Shown here: one piece after another, positions 17,325 through 25,675 of the stretch | Position numbering within the stretch: the stretch's first letter is position 1 | How the letters are laid out: every line of letters begins with the position of its first letter | NCBI GenBank assembly: GCA_963716475.1 | Contig: OY970314.1 | Span: forward strand, 138,479-202,478 | Reading direction: 5' to 3' | Length of the DNA: 64,000 nucleotides | From: Candidatus Woesebacteria bacterium | GTDB taxonomy: Bacteria > Patescibacteriota > Microgenomatia > UBA8517 | Notes under the pieces: model-generated | Told to the model about the DNA's origin: nothing | What the model saw: the letters and a program-made list of their open reading frames with translations, nothing else | Databases searched by the model: none | Made by a program: the position numbers and the translations under genes

Positions 17325-18335
17325 TTACCTAAACCTTTTCAGATCTGCGTCCACCATCATTTCAATTAATGTTTTAAAGTCGGTTTTGGGTTCCCAACCA
17401 AGCTCTCTTTTGGCTTTTGAATAATCGCCAGTTGATTCTTTAATTTCTGTAGGTCTGAAGAATTTTTTATCGGAAATTACATGATCTTTCCAATTAAGTC
17501 CTGCATGTTCAAATGCGATTTTGCATAAATCCATAATTGAGTGCGAAGTATCTGTGGCTATGACGTAATCTTCGGGCTTGTCCTGCTGAACTATTTTCCA
17601 AATAGCTTCTACGTATTCCTTGGCATATCCCCAATCGCGTTTGGCTGTAAGATCCCCCATATGAACCCTGCCTTCTGCATCAACCAAAGGTTCGCCCAGC
17701 TCATCAAGGGGAATATTTTTTGCGTGATTTTTAATGCAAGCAACGGCAGCTGTAACCTTTCTTGAAACGAAATGTAAACCTCTTCTAGGACTTTCATGGT
17801 TAAAAAGAATTCCGGCTACCGCAAACATTCCGTAGGATTCGCGGTAGCAGCGTACCATCAAATGTGCATAGGCCTTAGCAATACCATAGGGGTTATTGGG
17901 ATCGACAGGGGTAGTTTCATCAGCTTTCATTTTTGCGATGTTTCCGAAAATTTCTCGGCTGGAAGCTTGGTAAAATCGGGAAGTGGGGGAGAGATTTTTG
18001 ATTGACTCTAAAATCCTTACTACGCCCATCCCGGTAACCTCGCCTGTATAAAAAGGCTGTGCCCAACTGTCCGCCGGAACGGACTGTGCGGCAAAGTTAT
18101 AGACTTCGTCGGGTTTATGGTCCCTTATTACCCTGCTAATGGATTCGTAATCGGTGAGGTCTGCCAGTTCGACCTTGATTTTTCCAAGAAGGTGGCCAAT
18201 ATTCTCCTTCTGGTTAGTTGTACTTCTCCTTATAGTACCGACAACTTTATAGTTTTTCTCAACCAGAAGATCTGCCAAGTATGATCCGTCCTGAGAGGAA
18301 ACCCCGAATATTACGGCTATTTTTTTATCTGCCAT
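17325..18335 (-). CDS. gmd: GDP-mannose 4,6-dehydratase
   Basis: QDGSYLA, RFYQASS, PYGIAK, GILFNHESPRRG and RDWGYA. Confidence 0.92.
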   Translation of the reverse strand: MADKKIAVIFGVSSQDGSYLADLLVEKNYKVVGTIRRSTTNQKENIGHLLGKIKVELADLTDYESISRVIRDHKPDEVYNFAAQSVPADSWAQPFYTGEVTGMGVVRILESIKNLSPTSRFYQASSREIFGNIAKMKADETTPVDPNNPYGIAKAYAHLMVRCYRESYGMFAVAGILFNHESPRRGLHFVSRKVTAAVACIKNHAKNIPLDELGEPLVDAEGRVHMGDLTAKRDWGYAKEYVEAIWKIVQQDKPEDYVIATDTSHSIMDLCKIAFEHAGLNWKDHVISDKKFFRPTEIKESTGDYSKAKRELGWEPKTDFKTLIEMMVDADLKRFR

Positions 18336-18418
18336 ACGATAATCAGAATTATATCAGATTTCAGAAAAACCGCGAACAACAGACAAGTTGAAAAGACGAC
18401 TTTGCAAAACAATTCCAA

Positions 18419-19684
18419 ATGCTTCATCATTTAGTAATGTTTGCTCCTTTTAGAAGGTCGTTTGCATTTTTGGGCGATAAAGTCTGGTCCAAGGTAATTC
18501 TTTTTTCTTTGACGCTCTTTCTGATTCGTATTGCAGACGGGGTTATTTCTTTTTGGGCACCGAACCAAATCCAGTCTTCTTTGAATAGTTCCACCTGGAT
18601 GGGAATAATAATCAGTTTCCAATCAGTGGTAGGATTTGGAGCAGATCTTATTTTCCCGGCACTTCTTAGGACTACAAAAACCAAACGTCTGGTTTTTTGG
18701 GCAATAATGATGTCTGCTCTGACTTCATTTTTTCTGGCAACCTCGGCAGTTAAGCCTTTTGTTGCTATATTTTTAGTCACTATGGCCGTGTGGGGAATTT
18801 ATTATGAGTTTATGGCTTTTGCCGACTATCAATTTATAGGAAGCGTAGTGCCGCCTCACATGCGCTCAGCGGCATGGGGAATTGTTGACACTTTTTTAAA
18901 TATGGCTTACTTTTTGGGGCCACTTTTGGCAGCCGCGTTGCTTCTAAATGGCTATATATTTACAGAGGGTTTAATTTTGGTTTTTTTGGTTGGGGCACTA
19001 TTGCTTCTTTCCTTTTTTAAAGGAGCTCATGACGCTCCGGCCCAAATAGATATGAAGGAAATTAATCCTTGGGTTGAGTTCAAACACTGGTTAACTCTAT
19101 CTAGGCATATTTGGCCGGCAATGGTGGTTAGTTTACTTTTGGGTTTTATAGACGCGACCTTTTGGACAACGGGGGCGGTTTGGACAGAGAAGTTGGTTAA
19201 GATAAATTATCTAGGTGGCCTATTTTTGCCGTTTTATCAGCTACCTGCAATTTTTTTGGGGGTAGTGGTTGCAGGGTGGGGAATTTACAAAGGTAAAAAA
19301 ATACTGACGGAAAAATTTTTGATTGTTGCGGGCATTTTTCTCGCAGGACTTGCGATTAGCGGGAGCATTTATTGGCAACTGACTATGGTTTTCCTTTCAT
19401 CTGTTGCGCTTGCCATCTGCTACCCGCTTCTCGAGGGTGTTTATACGGATATTGTGGTCAGAATGGGTAAGGAAAGAAATGACTTGATAGGGCTTACCAG
19501 TTCGGTCTCAAATGTTTCCTACATAGTTTGGCCCCCGATTGTCGGGGTGGTCGCAGGGATAGTCGGTGAGAGATTAACTTTTTCTTTTGTCGGAGTATTG
19601 GTGGTTGTAGTTTCCATAATTCTTCTTTTTGTTACCCCGAAAAAACTCCGTTTGCCGCAAGGAGAAATCAAAAGCTGGAAGTAA
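18419..19684 (+). CDS. MFS-like transporter
   Basis: About 12 hydrophobic segments in two halves, with VPPHMRSAAWG at the MFS loop position. Confidence 0.75.
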   Translation: MLHHLVMFAPFRRSFAFLGDKVWSKVILFSLTLFLIRIADGVISFWAPNQIQSSLNSSTWMGIIISFQSVVGFGADLIFPALLRTTKTKRLVFWAIMMSALTSFFLATSAVKPFVAIFLVTMAVWGIYYEFMAFADYQFIGSVVPPHMRSAAWGIVDTFLNMAYFLGPLLAAALLLNGYIFTEGLILVFLVGALLLLSFFKGAHDAPAQIDMKEINPWVEFKHWLTLSRHIWPAMVVSLLLGFIDATFWTTGAVWTEKLVKINYLGGLFLPFYQLPAIFLGVVVAGWGIYKGKKILTEKFLIVAGIFLAGLAISGSIYWQLTMVFLSSVALAICYPLLEGVYTDIVVRMGKERNDLIGLTSSVSNVSYIVWPPIVGVVAGIVGERLTFSFVGVLVVVVSIILLFVTPKKLRLPQGEIKSWK

Positions 19685-19687
19685 CCT

Positions 19688-20158
19688 TTATTCGATTTTT
19701 AAAAGTTTAGCGATCTGCGTCGTTGAGGGGACGTCGATCTTGGGGATTTCGATAAGTGAGGCGCCTATACTTTCCGCCTGCTTACGTTTTTTTTCGATAA
19801 CGGGGTCGCCGGAAGTAACTGCAATCACCTCGGGACTAATGACACTAACGAGTTTGTTGTAATCTTCGTCTTTCATCTCGTCTGCCAAAATAATTACCTG
19901 GTCTACAAAATGCAACGACTCAAGCATCTCACGTCTTTGGTTTTGGCCATGTATAGGGCGTTTTTCGCCTTTGAGCCTTTTTATATTTTTGTCGGATTCC
20001 AGAGCCACGACCAAGTAGTCACCAAGAGCTTTGGCCTTTTTCAAAAAATGAATATGGCCGTAGTGAAGAATATCAAACGCTCCGCCAACAAGAACTACTT
20101 TAGCAGGAACCTGTCTGGCCAAGCTTTGTTTAGTTTTTTTTGCCTTTAGCTTTCTCAT
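19688..20158 (-). CDS. Cytidylyltransferase-superfamily nucleotidyltransferase (HldE/RfaE domain II or FAD synthase RibL-like)
   Basis: GAFDILHYGH (HxGH), LKGEKRPI and STT motifs. Confidence 0.8.
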   Translation of the reverse strand: MRKLKAKKTKQSLARQVPAKVVLVGGAFDILHYGHIHFLKKAKALGDYLVVALESDKNIKRLKGEKRPIHGQNQRREMLESLHFVDQVIILADEMKDEDYNKLVSVISPEVIAVTSGDPVIEKKRKQAESIGASLIEIPKIDVPSTTQIAKLLKIE

Positions 20159-20783
20159 AGTTTGCTTTTACTAAACTTGCAGCAGTGTTTACGGTTTCCT
20201 CCAAACATCCTTCCGGATTATTTATTATAACCGCTTTTTCCTGAAGAACCCGAAGATGGGGAAATTCCTGCTCGTCTCGGGCGGAATACTCACCCTGGTT
20301 GTAACGGACTCCATCCCTTGCTTTTCTCCTTGACTCAATTTCGTCTTTGGAGGCTGTCACACAAAGAACTGTAGTATTCTTTTGAAGAATTTGAGCGTGC
20401 TCCGGAAAATGTTTGGTAAAAAAACGTTCGGATGCAACCTCGGCTGCGCGTGAAGGATCAATTCTCCAAACCAAATCCTCGCCGCTTAACAGACGTTCAA
20501 GTTCGCTTTTAGGGGTTGCCTTGTTTGATGATCCTGTCGGTGTAATATCTTCAACAAGTTCTCCGTTTGCTGCCATTTCTTGAAGTCTTTCTCCGGTTAT
20601 AAAATGGTAATCAACGCCATGAGTTTCTCCGGGCCGGAGCGGTCGATCCGTGCATGTAACAATTTTCTTCAAATTAAGATCTTTAACCAGCGGATGCCTT
20701 AGAAGTTCTATCATGACGGCATCTTTTCCGGCGCCGGAAGCGCCGCTTATGACCAGTAAAAATCCGACTTTTATTTCTCTCAC
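20130..20783 (-). CDS. gmk: Guanylate kinase-like protein
   Basis: ISGASGAGK and TDRPLRPGETHGVDYHFI; the C-terminal half is divergent. Confidence 0.75.
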   Translation of the reverse strand: MREIKVGFLLVISGASGAGKDAVMIELLRHPLVKDLNLKKIVTCTDRPLRPGETHGVDYHFITGERLQEMAANGELVEDITPTGSSNKATPKSELERLLSGEDLVWRIDPSRAAEVASERFFTKHFPEHAQILQKNTTVLCVTASKDEIESRRKARDGVRYNQGEYSARDEQEFPHLRVLQEKAVIINNPEGCLEETVNTAASLVKANYEKAKGKKN

Positions 20784-20842
20784 GGCACTATTCTAACCTG
20801 TTTCCTCTTTTTTTGCAGTAGCTTTTATGTCATATTGTTATT

Positions 20843-21922
20843 ATGCCCACCTCAAAAAGCGAGGACGAAGCTTTAGTCAAAAAATCCGTTCCGAAACAAA
20901 AAACTAAACTTGCGGTTGACAAAGAAGCTCTCAAGAAATTCCGTTTGGTTGTTGTTGCTTATTCCAGCGTGCAAAGAGAACATTTTGCCACAAAGTCTGC
21001 CTATGAAGCAGAGGTTGAGGTAGAAGAAAGAGCGATCGAGGTTTCTGAAGAGATCAGAAAACTTGGGGTTCAGGTTCGGACACTTCCCGGAGATCAATAT
21101 TTTTACACCAATCTTCTTGTCGATAAACCCGACTTGGTAGTTAACCTTGTGGATACGCTAAAAGGCCGTGACCAACTTCAACCGTCCGTACCGGCAGCTC
21201 TCGAGCTTGCCAATATTCCCTATACGGGTGCAGGAATGGAAGGTCTTATCATCGGTAATAATAGGAACCTGACTAAAAGACTTCTAATGGCTTACGATAT
21301 TCCAACCCCGCCGTTTCAATTCATAAGACGGGCGGGAACAAGTATTGATGAGGATCTTGGCCTTCCGTTGATAGTCAAATTAAATGAAGGTGGGGGAAGT
21401 GTGGGGATTGACAATCATGCGGTTAAGGAGAGTTTTAGGGCTACCATGCTTAGGGTCAATAAAATGATTTCTACATATAGATATCCGGTAGTTGTTGAGA
21501 AGTTTATCGGAGGTCCGGAAATAACCGTGGTGGTTTTTGATGACGGAACCAAGCGCCACGTTTTTATGGCACAGAAAATATTCAGAAAGAAGCCGGACGG
21601 CAAACACTTTTTCACAAGTTTTGAGTCTTATGAAGATGAGAGGGCCTATAAATACGTGCCGGTAGAGGAGAACCTCAGATTTGAGATTACCAAACTGGCG
21701 GTTAGGGCTTTTGGTGGCCTTCAACATAATGACTACGCAAAATTTGATATCAGGCTCGACGAAGAAACTAAGACCCCATATTTTACAGACAGTAATCCCA
21801 ATACAGCCTTCGGACCAGACATGGGTCTTCCCATGACTGAGGTAATGGCTATGCATGGGGTGGAATTTCCGGATATTATGGCTAGCCTTCTCTCCAAGTA
21901 TGCCAGGGATTTACCCGAGTAG
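20843..21922 (+). CDS. Divergent D-Ala-D-Ala-ligase-like ATP-grasp protein
   Basis: IPYTG, PLIVK..GGSVGI, VEKFIGGPEITV, YAKFDIR and DSNPN (non-canonical ExN). Confidence 0.75.
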   Translation: MPTSKSEDEALVKKSVPKQKTKLAVDKEALKKFRLVVVAYSSVQREHFATKSAYEAEVEVEERAIEVSEEIRKLGVQVRTLPGDQYFYTNLLVDKPDLVVNLVDTLKGRDQLQPSVPAALELANIPYTGAGMEGLIIGNNRNLTKRLLMAYDIPTPPFQFIRRAGTSIDEDLGLPLIVKLNEGGGSVGIDNHAVKESFRATMLRVNKMISTYRYPVVVEKFIGGPEITVVVFDDGTKRHVFMAQKIFRKKPDGKHFFTSFESYEDERAYKYVPVEENLRFEITKLAVRAFGGLQHNDYAKFDIRLDEETKTPYFTDSNPNTAFGPDMGLPMTEVMAMHGVEFPDIMASLLSKYARDLPE

Positions 21923-21950
21923 CCTGCTCCCGACAAATACAACCCCCGTC

Positions 21951-21979
21951 TTGACGGGGTAGACATAAGGCCGTACAAT
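21951..21979 (+). promoter_or_regulatory. Sigma70 promoter for the C39-like peptidase gene
   Basis: TTGACG-17-TACAAT; the -35 lies in a CCCCGTC/GACGGGG hairpin. Confidence 0.65.
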
Positions 21980-21989
21980 TGGGCGAATT

Positions 21990-22628
21990 ATGGTTTTAGA
22001 GAAAAACCCCAAAACACGACGCTTAGCCAAAAGACTCCTTGAGCTTGAAGATAAGATTGTGGGCAAGCCGTTCCCCAAGATGAAAAGGTCAAAACAGGTG
22101 ACTTCTTCCCATTGTGGACCTGCAGTGATTGAGGCACTTTTCTCTTTTCTTGGGCAGAAAGTCTCACAGGCTTCCGTTGTCAGATCAATAAAAGCCGACA
22201 AAAAAATTAAAAAGATTGGTCTGAACGTCACCGACCTAGGACTAGCCGTCAAAAAACTTGGCAAAGGTAAGTTTAATTTTTGGAAAAAGGCGGGGTCAAC
22301 CATTTCCAACCTGTCGATAGCAGTGAATAAGTATCAATATCCGGTCGGTGTCGAATGGCAGGGGGTTTTTTACGAATATGCAGACGGGGACAACGGACAC
22401 TATTGTGTCGTAACCAGAGTAAATAAGGAGGGAGGATACCTTAGGCTCGCAGATCCGTTTTTCAAGTTTGCCGGGGTTGATAGAAAATTCACATTAAAAG
22501 ATTTTCAAAAAAGATGGTGGGACGAAAATGTTATCGGCAAGAAAACCGTGAAGGATAAAAAAATGATGTTTCTCATAACTCCAAAAAGCGACTCCTGGCC
22601 AAGAAAGCTTGGAATGAAGAGGGCCTAA
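21990..22628 (+). CDS. Papain-like cysteine peptidase, C39-like family
   Basis: Q-x5-CGPA, GHYCVV and LADP give the Gln/Cys/His/Asp catalytic set. Confidence 0.8.
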   Translation: MVLEKNPKTRRLAKRLLELEDKIVGKPFPKMKRSKQVTSSHCGPAVIEALFSFLGQKVSQASVVRSIKADKKIKKIGLNVTDLGLAVKKLGKGKFNFWKKAGSTISNLSIAVNKYQYPVGVEWQGVFYEYADGDNGHYCVVTRVNKEGGYLRLADPFFKFAGVDRKFTLKDFQKRWWDENVIGKKTVKDKKMMFLITPKSDSWPRKLGMKRA

Positions 22629-22672
22629 CCTCGGCTTTGTACTTATTACGAGTTTCTTGTAGAATTAAAAAG

Positions 22673-22975
22673 ATGTCAGAATCACACGAAGGACCTGAAA
22701 CGTTTTATGGTAATAAATCCAGACAGGAAATCAGCGATTTTATTGAAAAACATACAAGCCGGATGCAGGTTCCTCGCGAACCCAGCTTCCTTCGCAGACT
22801 GTTTGGTCCCCGTGGAACGCAAACGGTTGTTTCAATTAAAGATGACCGCGAGGGAAGGATGAATGCAACCCGGGCACCTTCAATGATAAGAAATCAAATA
22901 CGTCAGGAACCGGAAGAAAAGACGACAGAAGGACCACACGAGTTGAAAAATGGTCGTTGGGTACCAAAAAAGTAG
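22673..22975 (+). CDS. Hypothetical protein (100 aa)
   Basis: ORF with TAGAAT -10 7 nt upstream of the ATG. Confidence 0.6.
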   Translation: MSESHEGPETFYGNKSRQEISDFIEKHTSRMQVPREPSFLRRLFGPRGTQTVVSIKDDREGRMNATRAPSMIRNQIRQEPEEKTTEGPHELKNGRWVPKK

Positions 22976-22988
22976 CCCGAGGTGCGAG

Positions 22989-23059
22989 CAGGCCGAGAGG
23001 GAATCGAACCCCCAATGATGGTTTTGGAGACCACCGGTATACCATTTACCTATCGGCCT
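22989..23059 (-). tRNA. tRNA-Trp (CCA)
   Basis: AGGCCGA/TCGGCCT acceptor stem, anticodon loop CTCCAAA and GTTCGATTC T-arm; no encoded CCA. Confidence 0.95.
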
Positions 23060-23118
23060 ATATGGATATTATACCCCAATAATTTGGAAAAATTGGACAC
23101 GCCTGCTACAATACGCCG

Positions 23119-23367
23119 ATGGAAGAAAGATTCGAGGAAAGACATATAGTACATGGTCTAACACAGGAAGAATTGAAAGACCGTGTACTAAAGGATGCGG
23201 ATGAGTTTCCTTTTAGCTACGACCAGTTTTATGATAGGATGCGGCATAATTTGAGAATAAATGGTATTCCCCTAGAATCTGCGATCAGGGATGCATTCGT
23301 GATAGATGACAACCGTAGAGTTACCGGTGTAAAACCTACCCCTTCAGAGGATCCCCGGAAGAAATAA
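23119..23367 (+). CDS. Hypothetical protein (82 aa)
   Basis: TGcTACAAT 6 nt before the ATG. Confidence 0.6.
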   Translation: MEERFEERHIVHGLTQEELKDRVLKDADEFPFSYDQFYDRMRHNLRINGIPLESAIRDAFVIDDNRRVTGVKPTPSEDPRKK

Positions 23368-23442
23368 AAAAACTAACCTGGGGGAGGAAACACATATGCG
23401 CATAAAATGCATTTCCTCCGGAGAGAGTGAGATTAGTTTTTT
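23366..23442. terminator. Long hairpin between convergent small ORFs, probably a bidirectional terminator
   Basis: AAAAAACTAA/TTAGTTTTTT outer and GGAGGAAA/TTTCCTCC inner inverted repeats. Confidence 0.55.
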
Positions 23443-23454
23443 GTTGCTTGGACC

Positions 23455-23652
23455 TTATTTATCCTTCTTTTCTTTATATTCTTTGATGGCATTTTTTGCC
23501 ATAACTTGCTTTTCAGGCTGACCTGCAAATGCCCGGCTGGCAGCCTCCTCTAAGGTCGACAAATTTCGGCAAGGGCCGACTGTACAATTTTTCTTGGAAA
23601 TAAGACTGTATCCAAGGTCGTCCTTTTGGACGGTGAAAATATTTTTTGCCAT
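23455..23652 (-). CDS. Hypothetical protein (65 aa)
   Basis: GAGGA SD; upstream TTGACA-17-TACTAT promoter at 23771-23799. Confidence 0.6.
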   Translation of the reverse strand: MAKNIFTVQKDDLGYSLISKKNCTVGPCRNLSTLEEAASRAFAGQPEKQVMAKNAIKEYKEKKDK

Positions 23653-23813
23653 AATTATCCTCACTTTGAATAAATCTCTCTCTTTTCCCAGGTTTTAAGG
23701 AACTTGAACTCAAAAAAGAGTACTTAGCCTCGGCTTTCGAGACAACTCCTTGCTTGAGCTCAGAGGCAGCATAGTATCAAATTTAACACGAAATGTCAAT
23801 ACTATAGGTAAAA

Positions 23814-23861
23814 CTACTTTAACTTCGAGGACTCTTTGTGAAGCTGGACCCCACACACCTT
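23814..23861 (-). pseudogene. Remnant second copy of the rpmG 3' end
   Basis: Encodes KVCGVQLHKESSKLK*. Its last 11 residues are identical to rpmG, with synonymous differences only. Confidence 0.8.
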
Positions 23862-23862
23862 A

Positions 23863-23901
23863 CCCTTCGCCTTTTCAGAACTATTCGTTCACGGCTCAGG
23901 G
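23863..23901. repeat. REP-like imperfect palindrome CCCTTCG...GCTCAGGG
   Basis: Related copies at 52136, 62802 and 63632. Confidence 0.6.
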
Positions 23902-23921
23902 GGCGATTGAAAGGGGTTTCG

Positions 23922-24107
23922 TTACTTTAATTTGGAAGACTCTTTGTGTAACTGTACTTTCCTGCAGAATCTACAGTACTTTTTGAGGCCAAGTTTGCCT
24001 TTGCCTTTGGTATCCATATTAACTTTATTCCTGTCTGTAATGTAGTTTTGGTTTTTACAGACGGAACAGATTAAAGCTACAATTTCGCGGGCTCCCTTTT
24101 TGGCCAT
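23922..24107 (-). CDS. rpmG: 50S ribosomal protein bL33 (Zn-ribbon type)
   Basis: L.CSVC..NY.T.RN...LKKYC..C...HKE; TTGCCA-18-TAAAAT 7 nt before the ATG. Confidence 0.95.
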   Translation of the reverse strand: MAKKGAREIVALICSVCKNQNYITDRNKVNMDTKGKGKLGLKKYCRFCRKVQLHKESSKLK

Positions 24108-24201
24108 ACCGGACATTTTACCACGGAGTCTTACGCAGTGGCAAGCTTGTCTTACCATGAAGCTATGGGAAGTAAAAGTAGGAGCCTGAGGTGGAGATGT
24201 G

Positions 24202-24273
24202 AGCCTAGGGAGAGAATTGGACTCTCTACTTCTTTCTTACCAAGAAAGCGTTCTACCGATGAACTACCTAGGC
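24202..24273 (-). tRNA. tRNA-Thr (GGT)
   Basis: GCCTAGG/CCTAGGC acceptor stem and anticodon loop TTGGTAA; atypical T-loop TCCAATT. Confidence 0.92.
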
Positions 24274-24305
24274 GTGAAGCTAATTATATCAGATAAATGT
24301 TCACA

Positions 24306-25346
24306 TCAGATGATTAAACAAGCGTCGCCGAATGAATAAAAGCGGTATTTACTCTTAATCGCTTTACGATAGGCCTTTCCCATTAATGATGAGCCAAAGT
24401 CTTTGAATTTTTCATTTGTATTCGGATAAGAAACAAAAGCCGAAACCAAGGCCAAAAGGGTAGAGGTCGGAAGGTGAAAATTGGTAATAAGCGTATCGAC
24501 GAATTTAAATTTGTAAGGTGGGTAAATGAATATATCGGTTGAACCGGATAATTTTCCGGTTGTAACTGTCTCCAAGACACGTGCGGAGGTTGTGCCTACG
24601 GCGACGATTCTTTTGCCCGACCTTTTGGCTTTGGCTAATCTTTTGTGAGTTTCTTTATCGACAAAAAATTCCTCCTCGTGCATTTTATGATCCTCAAGAG
24701 TTTTGGTTTTGACTGGTGCAAAGGTTCCCAGACCGACGTGCAGGGTAATATATTCAATTTGGACCCCCTTGTCTTTCAATTTGGTAAGAAGCCTTTTGGT
24801 AAAGTGAAAACCTGCGGTAGGAGCTGCAACCGAGCCGATGGCTTTAGCATAAACAGTCTGGTATTCCTTTCTCAAGTCAGATTCTTTTTCATCGGACTCT
24901 ATATAGGGCGGCAGGGGAGTGTGGCCATACTTACTTAGGATTTCTATGATCTTATTTTTGGTCAAATGGGTATCTATGATAGCCGTCATGTCTTTTTGTC
25001 CGATCGCGTTAAATAAGTATCTATTAAGAGTGATATTTGTGCTGGTCTTGATCCCGGGGTGAGTTAAAGCTGTCCAGATTCCCGGTTTAATTTCTTCCAA
25101 GAATAGAATTTCAATATTTCCCCCTGCTATCTTTTTTGCAAATATTCTGGCCGGGAAAACCTTGGTTTTATTAAGAACCAAAACGTCGTTCGGTCCTAAA
25201 AATTTATCAATCTCGAAAAACTTATGGTGAGCAATTTGGCCTGAATTTCGGTTAATTATCATAAGTCTCGAATGGTCGCGGGGCTTGACGGGGAAGTTGG
25301 CGATAAGTGATCTCGGAAGCCGGTAATCAAAAAGCGAGGTCTTCAT
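24306..25346 (-). CDS. queA: S-adenosylmethionine:tRNA ribosyltransferase-isomerase
   Basis: PLPPYI, YQTVYA, GSVAAPTAGFHF, LHVGLGTF, TNFHLP and YRFYSFGD. Confidence 0.96.
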   Translation of the reverse strand: MKTSLFDYRLPRSLIANFPVKPRDHSRLMIINRNSGQIAHHKFFEIDKFLGPNDVLVLNKTKVFPARIFAKKIAGGNIEILFLEEIKPGIWTALTHPGIKTSTNITLNRYLFNAIGQKDMTAIIDTHLTKNKIIEILSKYGHTPLPPYIESDEKESDLRKEYQTVYAKAIGSVAAPTAGFHFTKRLLTKLKDKGVQIEYITLHVGLGTFAPVKTKTLEDHKMHEEEFFVDKETHKRLAKAKRSGKRIVAVGTTSARVLETVTTGKLSGSTDIFIYPPYKFKFVDTLITNFHLPTSTLLALVSAFVSYPNTNEKFKDFGSSLMGKAYRKAIKSKYRFYSFGDACLII

Positions 25347-25392
25347 GCCAATGGAATTATACGCTCGGAATAAGATATAATACAGCATATTA

Positions 25393-25450
25393 GCCGGCGT
25401 AACTCAGCGGTAAGCAATAGCTTGGCCGCTGAAAACACAGAATTACGCCG
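25393..25450 (+). repeat. Direct (20 nt) plus inverted copy of the tRNA-Thr(TGT) 5' end, forming a leader hairpin
   Basis: GCCGGCGTAACTCAGCGGTA occurs at 25393 and 25460; GCCGCTGA and TTACGCCGG lie between them. Confidence 0.85.
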
Positions 25451-25459
25451 GGATACCTT

Positions 25460-25531
25460 GCCGGCGTAACTCAGCGGTAGAGTAGCTGTTTTGTAAACAG
25501 CAAGTCAGAGGTTCGAATCCTCTCGTCGGCT
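25460..25531 (+). tRNA. tRNA-Thr (TGT)
   Basis: GCCGGCG/CGTCGGC acceptor stem, anticodon loop TTTGTAA and GTTCGAATC. Confidence 0.95.
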
Positions 25532-25549
25532 CACAAATTTATTTGATAG

Positions 25550-25634
25550 GCTGAGGTGGCGGAGCGGTCAAACGCACGAGACTGTAAATCTCGCGTCCGA
25601 AAGGGCTACTCAGGTTCGAATCCTGACCTCAGCA
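25550..25634 (+). tRNA. tRNA-Tyr (GTA)
   Basis: GCTGAGG/CCTCAGC acceptor stem, loop CTGTAAA, long variable arm and GTTCGAATC. Confidence 0.95.
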
Positions 25635-25675
25635 CTCATGTGACACATGCTTCGTTTAGTTTTGTCCACAAAAAA

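Noticed and set aside
25393-25479. 20 nt direct repeat as a CRISPR array or prophage att pair
   Set aside because: Only two copies 67 nt apart, identical to the tRNA 5' end, with no cas or integrase genes.
22989-25634. None of the four tRNAs encodes CCA
   Set aside because: Common in many bacteria; it only implies a CCA-adding enzyme.
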